In this document: one piece after another, positions 40,101 to 51,834 of the stretch | How positions within the stretch are numbered: the first letter of the stretch is position 1 | Layout of the letters: every line of letters begins with the position of its first letter | NCBI GenBank assembly: GCA_039621445.1 | Contig: CP154954.1 | Location: forward strand, 49,827,847 to 49,891,846 | DNA from: Euglena gracilis | Taxonomy: Eukaryota | Reading direction: 5' to 3' | DNA length: 64,000 nt | The notes under the pieces: model-generated | Seen by the model: only the letters and a program-made list of their open reading frames with translations | The model's database searches: none | What the model was told of the DNA's origin: nothing | Position numbers and translations under genes: made by a program

Positions 40101-40530
40101 CCACCTACGGGGGTCCTGAAACTCATAGTCGGCCCTGGTCGGCCCTGGTCGGCCCTGGTCGGCCCTGGTCGGCCCTGGTCGGCCATAGGTGCCTGCCGCC
40201 CACCCACCCACACCCACACACACACGCGTACACGTACACATGCACGAAGACACGCATGCAAGCATGACAAAGCACAGAAAGACGCAGAAATTCTCACCAC
40301 TTTGTGCAAAGATGAAAATTGTCTTGGACCCGATGAAAAGGGTTCTATGCCAGGGAGCGGGGCATGGAACTGGCTGTTGTCGTGTGTCGAAGAACTGGAT
40401 GGCCGACCACAGGGCGCTCTCGCGTACACTTCCCCTTCAGGTAGTCGAGACAGACGTTCAGCCCCGCGTCTGCCTTGGCCTTGCGGCCCCTCTTGTGTGC
40501 GGCAGGCAACGTGTTGTTTGCGGAGGCCAT
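37136..40530 (-). CDS. Tandem CCCH zinc-finger protein, paralog 4 (6 coding exons)
   Basis: Exons ~40530-40404, ~38832-38665, ~38240-38027, 37727-~37642, ~37405-37295 and 37186-37136 ([16 protein letters not shown]). Collinear homology with the other copies. Confidence 0.85.
37187..37294 (-). other. 108-nt nonconventional intron (or in-frame insertion) in paralog 4
   Basis: Separates VLGL from DSVL, which are contiguous in paralogs 3 and 5. Sense starts GGC-CATACCATTGCT and pairs imperfectly with AGCAACGGCATC near the 3' end in the +n/-(n+2) register. Confidence 0.7.
37728..38026 (-). other. Nonconventional intron of paralog 4 at the same codon position as 48355-48776
   Basis: Sense CTGAC|GGC-CAGACGCCCAAGG ... 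CCTCGGGTGCCTG-CAAGT|AGCA, with CAG at +4, CTG at -8 and an imperfect stem. Removal gives DLTAEF as in paralog 2. Confidence 0.8.
39093..40195. mobile_element. CAGGCACCTA-family TIR element nested in intron 1 of paralog 4
   Basis: TIR CAGGCACCTATGG/CCATAGGTGCCTG. Perfect TSD CCGCCCAC. Subterminal 10-mer arrays (GGTCGGCCCT)n and (GGTCGGCTGC)n. Confidence 0.9.
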
Positions 40531-41782
40531 TGTGTTGCGCTGGGTGGACCTGAAGCAGTGGGATGGCACACACAGGCACCCACAAACAAACGCACAGGCA
40601 CACAGACACACAGTCACACAAACATGACATTTAGCCAGATTGTCCAGATTTTCAACAAAAATTTGGCAAACGAGGTGGTGCCCAATTGACAGGATGCAGT
40701 GCTGTCTCATCCACGGCCCCGCATATGTCTCTGAGTGTGGGTGTCTGTCCGTGTGTGTGTGCGCGCGCGCGCGCGTGAGTGTGTGTGTGTGTGTGTGTGT
40801 GCGCGTGCGTGCGTGCGTGCGTGTGTGTGTGTGTGTGTGTGTGTGCCAATGTGTGTTTGTGTGTCTATGGTCAGAATCAATGCCCCCCCAGCCTCATTGA
40901 CAGGGTAGCAATCTTGCATCCTCCAAAACTGGCATCCGAGGCACCCCTTCCAATTACCTCGCCCTTTTGCCCGAGGCTGGATTTGGGTTACTTCACTCAC
41001 AAATTTCTCTCGCACAATGCTGACCTCAATTTTTGCACGGTGCGCTGCAGCGGAGCTGGCTTGGGCACTGTTTCTTGTGCACACCATCACCACAGCCCAG
41101 GGCTGGCAGGCACTGGGGCTGGGGTTTGAATGCCGCTGGCAAAATTGCAAGGTGCATGCTCCATCTGCAACCTCCAAGAGTCAAAACAAATATCCACAGG
41201 GGATGCCAGCACAGAGAACTGCACACTATTCACACCATGCCACACCGTGCATCGCTCAGCACCTATTTTGGGGGGGGAATGGAGAAATCAATGCAAGGTG
41301 GGTGCAAACTGCACAGGGTGGGGGGGGGCAACACAACCCACCTTGAAAATTGCAAAACCAAATGAACACAACAATTCAAAATTGCTGGGTTCCCTCAGCA
41401 CATTTCCTGACCTGTCTCGGTGGGTTTGAATTGGGCCTGAATACCGTCACAAGACTCTCTCCCGAACAACCCCTCAGCCCCCTCGGCGGACAATTTCAGC
41501 AGGCTGCAGCCCAGGTGAGCAAGGAGCGGCAACGGCAATTGGGGACTCATGGCGAGGGGTTCAATTTTGGGCGACGCGGCGAGGCAAGAGCAGGGCAGAA
41601 CGGGAAGGCCTGCTGGGGGGGGGGTCGACCCCCCCACCCACCACAGCATTTTCACCGACTTTGGGAAAACGGAGATTTTTGGCTGGGGAAAATTTTTGAT
41701 TTTTTTTTTGAAAAATGAACCCAGAACACATGATTTTTTGATGGAAAACCACATTTTTTTCACAAAAAATCTCAAAAAATTA

Positions 41783-42045
41783 CCCCCCCTCCCCTAGTCG
41801 TATGACCGGGTTCCTGCAACCTGTGACCGGGGGGGGGGGGTGGTCGTAACACCCCGATAACCTGCAACCTGTGACCGGGGGGTGGTCGTAACTGAGGGGG
41901 CGGTCATAGGTAAGGTGGTGTTAAATTTTTCGCAACCTGCAACCTGTGACCGGGGGGGTGGTCATAACACCCCCATGACCTGCAACCTGTGACCGGGGGG
42001 TGGTCGTAAATGAGGGGTGGTCGTACGACTAGGGGAGGGGGGGGG
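41783..42045. mobile_element. TA-TSD MITE (CCCCTAGTCGTA type); second copy at 50484-50695
   Basis: TIR CCCCCCCTCCCCTAGTCGTA/TACGACTAGGGGAGGGGGGG. Internal CCTGCAACCTGTGACCGGGG repeats. Confidence 0.8.
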
Positions 42046-45000
42046 TAAGGGTTAAAAATTGGTAGTTTTTAGGAGGGGGTGAAAAAAACGAAGGTCAAGA
42101 AAAATGGACCGAATTTTGGCAGAGTCAAATTTTACTGACATTTTTTCTCTTTGAAATTTTTTGGACTTTCAATGGCATTTTTTTGCCTGAAAAGCCTCTC
42201 AAAATCAAAATTTTGAGACAACATTGGTTTTTTGGAAGGTGTGAAAAAATGGGGTTTTGGGTGGTTTTTGGGGGGGACTCCTATATGGGCCCAAAATGGG
42301 TCCCGTATAGGCCCGCTGAAGGAGCCGGAAACATTTTTCGGGTCCAAAAATTGGTGCCACCAGTACACGGGAAGAGGTGGTGGGGGGGGTCGACCCCCCC
42401 CACCCACCACCCTGGCTGTTCGGCCGTTTCCCGTTCTGCCCTGGCAAGGGGGCCTCGCCGGGGGAGGGGAGACCGGAACAGAACCAGGGGCGTCATACCA
42501 ACGCAGGCGGCCGCTGGGGGTCCGCTCCGCAATGCCAGGCGCCTGCAGCCAGCTGGTGGTCCCCCCTTTGGGGAACCGTTCGAGGGCACAGGGACGAGGG
42601 CCACATTTTCTCGGGCAGACGCTGACACAGTGACAGGGTCTCCGGCCTGACAAGGAACAGAGGGGGTCGGTGCTGTGAGCCGAGGTTGGGAGTGGATGGG
42701 AAGTTGCGGTTCCGTCCTGCGGCTGGTCGAGCAAACATAGAAGCGACCCCAGCCTTCTTCGCAGAAAATCAGGAGGAAGCCTGCTTTGCACTGCGGTGGA
42801 CCAGGCTTCAAAAAAAAGCAGAGATTTCGATGCGCACCGAACGAATCACCCCTAACAGAGGGAGAACTGTTTGGCCCATGCTGGTCATCGGTCATCAGCA
42901 GGGTCCTACAAGGAGAGCAAAGGTTGGGAAAAAGATGGGGCTGGGCCAGCGGTGTGTGCCGTGTTCCCCATTACGGAGGTTTTTTTCCCAGTGTTAAGCA
43001 GTGATTAAGGCAGTGCAGCATACAGCCACGCTGCCATGCAGCTGTGCCAGGACCACACACTTTCTTTTACTTCTTTTTACTGCGGTCGAAAGAAGCCAAA
43101 ACCCACCCACCAACGACCCCCCCCCCCGGGTTAAACACAACCCACCCACCCCACCCACCCAAAATCCAGCCAGTATCGGTCAAAAACGCTGGAAACGGCC
43201 TTTGGCCGGGACAAAATCTGACCCATGGATCACCCCACCTCTCTGGGGGGGGGGGGGGGGTCCAGTGGCCACCCACTCTCGAACCCCCTGAGAGGTCACA
43301 CAATTGTTAAATGTATCTATGATCCACATCCACCCCCCCGGGAAACTGTCACCTGACAAATCAGCAAGTACAGGTACATGACAGGTCCCAATGGTGACAG
43401 GTCAGCAAATACGGGGCTAAGGTTGGTGACAATTTCCTGGGCGGGTCTGGGTCAGAGTGGAAAATGTGTTTCGACCGCCGAGGCCTGAGAGTCGTGACAG
43501 TCTGAAAATAGTCTGTGTCTCCGTGCACCCCAAACGACTTGACGAAAGCAACAACTTGGAACTCTATGGTCTACGGGCACAGTGCTCCCCGGTCTCAATT
43601 CAACATGTGGGTGACCATTGCCACACTTGGGCAATGATAACAACATATGTGTCAACATGTGTTTCCATTGCGTCAAAGCGCAATGGAAACTTATGAAGAA
43701 TAGGTATTTAAGAGTTACATTGTGCCAAAGCGCAATATAAAAAACAATTTTTATAATATATCACACAATGGAGGGAGAGAACGGCCCTGGTAGAGTATGA
43801 ACACCAGAGGGGATAGAGCACAAAATGTAGGACAGGGGGACAGAAGCCTACTCTCAGTCACGTTCTGTCAGAATTGGTCAACATTGCGCTTCGGCGCAAC
43901 ACCCACACTGCTTTGACAATTTTAAAATTGCATTTCTATTGCGCTTTGGTGCAATGTAACTCTCTAATTTTCGTTTTGCACAAGCCTGCCCATTGCGCTT
44001 TTGCGCAATGGGCACCAATTTTCAATATCTTATTTTTATCACCGTGGGTGGAGAGAGCAGTCCTGGAAGCATCTCATCACGAACAGACCTAAGGTGGAGG
44101 GAAGCCTTGCCTTGCAACCACCAATTGCTTCATATCCAGACGTCTCTTGTCCTGTGCGTTGGGAGCCCAACTGCCAGGGCCGGAGGTTCGTCCCACTTGT
44201 TTCGCAGTTCAAAATGGTGCACAGGCTGAAAAACACCAAAATTGCGCCTGTTCCTTGGGTCCCAACATCGCCAAACGATCCGCGAAACCAGAGGGTCAAA
44301 AAGGTGGGTTTCACCGCCAAGGCGCAAGCTAAAAATCAAAACCTTAAGTGCGAGTTTGGCCGCCTAAGAACATCCAAATTTCTGAGAAAAACTTGTTAGG
44401 TGAGAGGTCAGCGAGTACAGATGTAAACTGACAGGGCGCTGTGGTGACAGGTCACTGAGTACGGGGCCTGAGTGACATTTTAGGTATCACAACTGACCTG
44501 AGTGAAATTCATACCTTCCATTTTACTGTGTACCTGTGGAAATGAGCCAACATTCACTCATTTTTTGCAACGCAGGACAGAAGATAAAAATATCTTCTTT
44601 CACAAAATTTACAAAAAATGCAGTTTGCCAACTCCCTGCAGCATTAACTCCCAATGCTTGAGGGACTCAATTGGTGACCAAGAGATGAGGGGAGGGGGCG
44701 TTGTTGGTTGGGGTGGGGTCACATATCCATGCAAAGAGGGCAGTTGGAGTTTAGGGAAATCCTGTTTTGGAGGTTTTTCTTCAACGTTGACACTCCTTGA
44801 CATACACAGTAAATATGCTGAATGATGAGCTCAACTCAACTCAACCGAACAAAAAAAAAACTGGAATTGTGCGAATCCTCATTAGATTATTAAACCGGAA
44901 CCGCTGGCCCTCTGCTTTGCGGGGGCACGCTGAAGGCCAAAATAAACCCAACGCCCTTCCGCACGGGGGTCTCAAGGCGGGTGCAGGGGCTGTCCGGCGG

Positions 45001-45048
45001 TGGCGATGCCAGCCACCGTGCCCGCTGCCGGCGGTGCCTCGGATCACC

Positions 45049-45290
45049 CCAGCCAGGGCATCGCTTAGTGACCCCCCCCCCCCGGGGACGGGTTCCACTG
45101 GGGGAGTAGGTTTCACAGCTGACCTGAGTGGAATTCATACCTTCCATTTCACTGTGCAGCTGTGTGGAAATGAGCCAACATTCACTCATTTTTTTTTTGC
45201 TACGGAAGACATAAAATAAAAACATTCACAAAAATTCACAAAAAATGCAGTTCGCCAACCGCCTGTTTCAGCTGAAGCGACGCCCTGGCT
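45049..45290 (-). other. Probable nonconventional intron in the conserved 3' region of paralog 5
   Basis: 15/16 inverted repeat AGCCAGGGCGTCGCTT/AAGCGATGCCCTGGCT, where the mismatch is G-U on the minus strand. CAG at +4, CTG at -8. Removal gives cggatcaccccggc, matching cggatcgccccggc at ~19307 and ~33294. Confidence 0.7.
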
Positions 45291-45371
45291 CCGGCACTTG
45301 GGGCACGGGAGGGTGGCGGGGTGGGTGGGCCGGCCCCCGCCGGTAGTGTACAGCAGTGTAAATGGCGTTGT

Positions 45372-45497
<126 letters not shown>

Positions 45498-46680
45498 GGG
45501 TGGGTGGGTGGGTGGCCACCGCGGCACTGCCCGTGCGGGGGTGGAAAAAAGCAACACGGTCTGCCCCGTAAATGGAAGCCTTGGCCATTGCACGCCGGCG
45601 GGTCCCCAAAACCAGGCAGAAATTTCACCCCCAGCTGGGATGCATGTTTCAGCCAAGATTTCGAGGCGAAAATTCAAACAAATTTTCCGTCCATCCAGGC
45701 TTTTGCCGGGCTTTGAAAAAAAAGGTTACTGCTCGACCTCCTGGGGTGGGGGGTGCGCAGCCCAGCTGGGAGCTGCTCACTGGGGGGGAAAAAAAGCTGC
45801 TGGCTGACTGGACCCCTGGCTCAGGAAATTCCCTTCAGCCGTTGCTTTCGTCTCTCATGCTCAGCAGAAAGCCGGGGCCAGGAAACACATTCCCTTGTCA
45901 TTCTTCTTCCAAAAAAAGGAGAAATCACGAGACCATAGACTTACACAAGAAGCCACATCACGCTGGGGCTGGGGAGTGCCCGAAAGGGGGAGTGGACCAT
46001 CCGCTCCCGGCATGGGAGACCATGGGGGAGCGAAGGCGATGGCGCAGCAGTGGCAGGGGGGCGACCCCCGCACTGCAGACAACTGTCGTCGCAGGGACAC
46101 GGGCGGAATATTGGCGCGGCGCCCCGGGGTGGGACGCGGCGCGGCGCGGCACTGGGCCAGGGAGGACCGGCGGCCACGCTGCCCATGCGTCCAGGTGTGC
46201 CGCGAAAAGGAAAGGGAAAGCCGACGAGGTTGAGAGTGGCGGAGGAGCCCGGAGTGAGAGGTCGATTGTGCCAATGACTTTTGACCAGACTGCTTTTTAA
46301 GAACCCCCTGACCAAACAAGCTTGGCCCAGGACCCTCCAGGGTGGAGACCCCCACCCGAAGTCGAGCCACCCAAGGACATTTTCCTGCCCGAAATGTGGC
46401 CCGAAACTAGAATCCTCCCGTGCACCTAGACAGACTCAGCTGCCATAAAAAACCCCTGACCCCAGAAAAGGGCAACCCAACAACCAAGCCACACCAATCA
46501 CCCCCCCCCAAAAAAACAGACAACTGCCCTCAAGAATGCCCAAGCAACCCTGCATCGACAAAAACCGGGCACGGGTCCTCCCAGCCGGCTGGCAGCCCAC
46601 ACTGGGCGGAGTGAGGTAACAAACGCGCGCGAAGCAGCCCCCCCCCTCAAAGCGAGGCCCTTCGCAATGACACGAGGCAC

Positions 46681-47110
46681 TCAGCAGGCGACCAGGTTCA
46701 GGTCCCGGAAGATGTCGATCAGCGCGCTGTCCACCCCCAGCACCGATTGCAGGAACCGCCGCGCCGCGGAGTACTGGGGCGCCGCTGTCTCCTCTGAAAG
46801 CTCCTTCCCGGCCAACGCCTTGCCAGAGGGCTGGCCCCAGCGTGGCCCCCTCGGCATCATTTCGTGCCATTTTTCAGGAACCTTTGAAAACCACTGAAAA
46901 TTTTAAATAAAAAAATTGGCCAAGACGCCTTGCAATATCGGAAAATGCCTTCAACAAACATTGGGAAATTGTTCTGGTTGAATTTTTCAATTGAGCAAAC
47001 TAAAACCGCAAAATCTCGGCAAAAGCGAGCCAACTCAAAGGAGAAGAACAATTTCTGGCATCCCTGGAATATACACCCAAACTCAGAAAAAATTCGGTTT
47101 CGGCTGTTTA

Positions 47111-47142
<32 letters not shown>

Positions 47143-47256
47143 CATATATATATACATATACATATATATACATATATATATATTATATCTATACATATAT
47201 ATATATATATATATAGATATAGATATATATATATAGATATATCTATAGATATATAC

Positions 47257-47293
<37 letters not shown>

Positions 47294-50200
47294 TTCGATC
47301 CCTTTGATTCCCAGAACAACATTGAACCTCTTGTAAAAAAAAATCAATTCATTAAAATTAAAAAACCAACTTTGATTGCCGATTAACATTTTTAAAGAGC
47401 GAAACGCAAACTGTGGGAACGTATATTATTATCTGTGAGCTTGTTGACACTGCTGCCCCTCTTTTGACCATTTTTGGCCTCCTTAACCCACTTTTGACCA
47501 CTTTTCTCTGCTTTTGGCCATTTTTACCCACTTCTGGCCACTTTCAGGCCACTTTAAACGTCCTTTTGTTACTTTTGATATCAAGTAAAAAGTGGCCTAA
47601 AAATGGCCTAAAAGTGGCAAAACATGGTTAAAATGGCCAGAAGTTCCAAAAGCATGCAAAAATAACAAAAATAATGCCCCAAAATGGCCCAAAATGACCC
47701 TGCTTTTGGCCGATTTGGGTCACTTTAGCAGCTTTTGTTCACTTTTGGCAACAAACTGGCGCAAAATGCTCAAAATGGTCAAATTGACCAAAAAAAAATG
47801 GGCAAAGATAACAAAAGCAAAGGTCGAAAATGGCTTTAAATGGTTAAAAATGGCCCTAAATGGCCCAAGAGCAGGACAAAATGGCCCAAAATTACAAGAA
47901 GTGGGCAAAAAGTGACCAAAAATGGTCAAAATGGGTCAAAATGGGTGAATTATGGAGCAAATGGGCCAAAAGGGGACAAAAGCGACCAAAAATGGCCAAA
48001 AATGGCCAAAAGTGGCCAAAAGTGGCAACATGAGCCAGATGAGCCAGAAAAATCTCAACATCTGGTATAAAAATGAGCCTAATTCCTCATTCTCACTGAA
48101 AAATTGGCATCAATTAGAAAAAAAAGTTGCGTGGTCGGCTGCGGTCGGCTGCGGTCGGCTGCGGTCGGCTGCGGTCGGCACCCCGCCTATGACAGTCCTG
48201 AAACCCGCGGTCGGCCGCGGTCGGCTGCGGTCGGCTGCGGTCGGCTGCGGTCGGCATAGGTGCCTGCTGCTGGGGCAGCGCTGCATGCCAGCAGTACTCC
48301 TCCTCCTCCAAGAGCGTCTTCTGCATGCACTTTGCGAACTGCTCAAACTCCGCTGCAAGCAGGCTTTTGCTTAAGGACCCTGGAGGGTCCACAAGGGGGC
48401 CACTTTGCTAGACACTGGGAAACAGCTGCCAGCTATTTGACCCCCCCACCCCACGGGGGATTTGGGGGTCTGGAACTGGGAGAAAAAATTCCTCTGGCGC
48501 TGTGTGCTGAGGTGGAAATGAGGTATTCAATTTTTTTGGCTGATTTTGCTCCAAAAAAAAATGCCAAAAAATGGCCAAAAATGAACATTTTGGCAAGTTA
48601 TGGGGTCCAAAACTTTTCGGCGCTTTGCTGGTCACTGGAAAATATTTCCACTGGATAGACCTGCAAACGAAACACACCCTTCCATTCGATTTCCACCAGC
48701 CAAATTTGGGCTTGCTTCAGTCCAACCCCCCCCCCCCACCGGGAGGAACGGCAAAACCTGAAGGAAAAGCCTGGCTGCGAGGTCCGGGGCCGCCGTGACA
48801 ACGGTCATCGGGACGATGGCGAGCTCACTGGGCGGACCGTCTGCCGGGCTTTCCGCCTCTGCCGGTTGGGGGGTGGAGGGGACAGCGATGGTTTGCCCCG
48901 CGGGGTGGTCGACCATGACGGGCCCCACGGCCCCTCCGACATTGCAGTGTGAGCCCAGCATCCCTAAGCAGAACGGCGGAGAGACACCGCGACCACACAC
49001 AGAAACTGTGCATCGATTGTGGCAGAGAAACCCGCCCTGCTTCGCGTTGCGACGGCGGAGGAGGGGCCCTGGGCGGGGTGCAGCTTGTTGCACTTGGCGC
49101 CGAACTTGCACTGGCCAGTCATGGCCCACACCTCGCAGATCTCCCGCCCGGCCTGCGCCTCCACCGCCTCCGACAGCTGCTGGTACGCCGTGAGGTCCGG
49201 GTGGACGAAGCGGCACTGGGACCACTGCGGCCGGCAAATCCATTCTGCAATGTCAGGTCAAACTGAGGACCAGTGTCACGTTTCAAAACCAGTGATTAAG
49301 AAATGTCATGGACACCCTGATGGGATACCCGTGGGTTGGGGAAGAATGCTGAAAGAAATGGAAATCAAAAGAAACCTGAAAACATATGATGGAAATCTCT
49401 TAAACCTAGGGAGAAAAATTAGAAATCCTCGAGCCACATTGATGAAGGTTTTCTGAAGTGGGAAGGATCAAATGCAAAAAAATTGTTGGGAAAAATTTTG
49501 GACAAAATCTTCAAAAGACTCAAATTGAGCAATTCATAAGAAATTTGGAAATTTCCATCTTAGAATTTCGAAAAAATCGAAAACAATTTTTATGAAAGAG
49601 GTGAGAAAAAGGAAACGTGGAAATTTTTGAAAAAGGCAAATCAGAAGTAAGCAGCTGCATATGAAGAATTTGTACAGCATTCTTCAAAATATCAAACAAA
49701 TCTGTTCCTGAAACATAAAATGTAAAAAAAGAGGTCCTAGAAAAATTGTGACACATCAACGAAAAATGCAAATTGCATGTCAATTTATTCAAGAGTTCCC
49801 CGCATGTGCATTTTTCTTCTGGAGAGGAATTAATTTGAATATTCTCCCCTCCTGCACAGAATTTTTTTCATTCTGCAACATCACATAATACACAACGTAC
49901 AAGTTTTACATTGTCCAAATGCATAATTTGGACAATCATGAGCATTTTCCCAACCAGGACCCCCTCTCCCCGGCCCCCCGGGACCCCCCTGGTTGGGAAA
50001 AAAGTGTGGGCTGGAAAAAGGAGCTGGCTGGAAAAAAAATGCTGGCAGGAAAAAAAGTGCTGGCTGGACCCCGGGGGGGGGGTCAGGGGTTCGAATCCGG
50101 CTGGGAGCTGGACCCGGCAGGCACTCAAAAAATGTCCCAAAAAGCCCAAATCCAAATGGGGTTGGCATTTTTCAGCTGAAAATTGGAGGAGAAGAACCAG

Positions 50201-51834
50201 AAACCACCCCAAAATGCCATTTTTTTACCATTTTTGACCCATTTTTGAAAAGCAAACTTCGTACCGAAAGTTTCTTAATCTAACCTGACTTTGCCAAGCT
50301 GGACCCAACTTCATTTCAGCAGACCCCCCCCCCCGGGGGGTCCACAACCTCGTGAGAGGTGCTGGCTGGAAGAAAGGTGCTGGGTGGGGTCCCCTCCAGC
50401 TGTAGAAAACCCCTGTTTCCCACCCCCCAAAAACATCAAAGCAACACAAGTCAACAATTTTTTTTGCAAAAAAATGAAAATTACCCGCCCCCCCCTTGTC
50501 GTACGACCGGGTTCCAGCAACCTGTGACCGGGGGGTGGTCGTAAATGCGGGGGCAGTCGTAGGTAAGGTGGTGTTAAAATTTTCGCAACCTGCAACCTGT
50601 GACCGGGGGGGGGGGGTCATAACACCCCCATGACCTGCAACCTGTGACCAGGGGGTGTTCGTATATGAGGGGTGGTCGTACGACTAGGGGGGGGGTAAGC
50701 AAAAAAAAGCAAATTTACAAGAATTTGGTTTTAGGTCCCACCAGCATTTGCACAGGGGGAGATATGCGCTGAAAAAGCTTCCCAAATATGCGCTGAACTA
50801 TACCAGAACATACGCTTTTTCCAAAATCCAGCCATATTTGAAAACATTCGGGTGACATGGCATGTTTTGACCATAACCGGTCATAATCAGCTGTTTTCGG
50901 ACCATTTACAACCATTTGGAAATCATTTGGGGCCATTTTGACCAATTTTAACTTTTTTTGGCCATTTTTTTAGCCATTTTCGGATGACTTGCTATGGAAA
51001 ATGGCACAAATGAAGAATACAACAGCTGGTTTGCCTAAAAAAAAAAAGGTCAACAACAGTGGCAAAATGACCAACAGTGGGCCAAAATATCTCAAAAATG
51101 GCCAGTTTGCCTCAGAATGGCCAAAAATAGGCCAAAATTGACAAAAAGGCGGCCAAAAATGGCCCCAAAATAAAAAGAAATGGTTGGAAGAAGTTCAAAA
51201 CAGCTCCAATAAGATGCTGAAAACATGCGAAACGTCGGTAGGAACAGAAATGTGCAGCGGGAAAATCCTGAAAAACCTCGGAATATGCGCTAAATATGCA
51301 CAGAATATGCAAAATATACAATTTTTTTTGGCCTAAAAATGAAGAATATGCGCAAAATATGCTGAATTTGCGTAAAATATGCGCAAGGCATACCCCCCTG
51401 AGTTGTCCCCCCCCCCCGTTTACCAATGTTTACAACAAAAAATTGAGCAGCCAAACGTTATCAACTTTCCAACCTGTTGAACTGATAAAGTTGTTAAAAG
51501 TCTATGTTTAAAGACACCTTTCACCTTTAGGAGGTCGAAGAATTTTAGGAATTTGAACCTCAAAACACGACATTCACAAAACATCGACAATAAAAAAAAT
51601 TATGGGCAAATCTTTGACACTTTAGGCCATTTTAGCTCCAGGTGCTTGGCAATTGGTGCTGGCAGCAAAAGCTGCTCACCTCCAACCCCAAACCCTCTTT
51701 GTGCAGCTGACCACAGGGCGCTCTCTCGTGCACTTTCCCTTCAGGTAGTCGAGGCAGACGTTCAGCCCTGCGTCCGCCTTGGCCTTGCGGCCCCTCCGGT
51801 GCGGGGCAGCGGGGGCGTGGGTCGGGGCTGCCAT
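46681..51834 (-). CDS. Tandem CCCH zinc-finger protein, paralog 5 (5 coding exons)
   Basis: Exons ~51834-51708, ~49235-49062, ~48935-48777, 48354-~48270 and ~46850-46681 (..[26 protein letters not shown]). Confidence 0.85.
47108..47292. repeat. (AT)n-rich microsatellite within the last intron of paralog 5
   Basis: Direct reading. Confidence 0.9.
47640..48265. mobile_element. Partial relative of 39093-40195, ending next to exon 4 of paralog 5
   Basis: 47760-48210 aligns by eye with 39460-39900. Right end CATAGGTGCCTG. Confidence 0.65.
48355..48776 (-). other. Nonconventional (non GT-AG) intron of paralog 5 = TIR element 48360-48773 plus one 8-bp TSD
   Basis: Sense ends CTCGC|AGC-CAGGCTTTTCCTTCAGG ... 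CCTTAAGCAAAAGCCTG-CTTGC|AGCG, with CAG at +4 and CTG at -8. TSD CTCGCAGC/CTTGCAGC. Removal gives DLAAEF, contiguous as in paralog 3. Confidence 0.85.
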
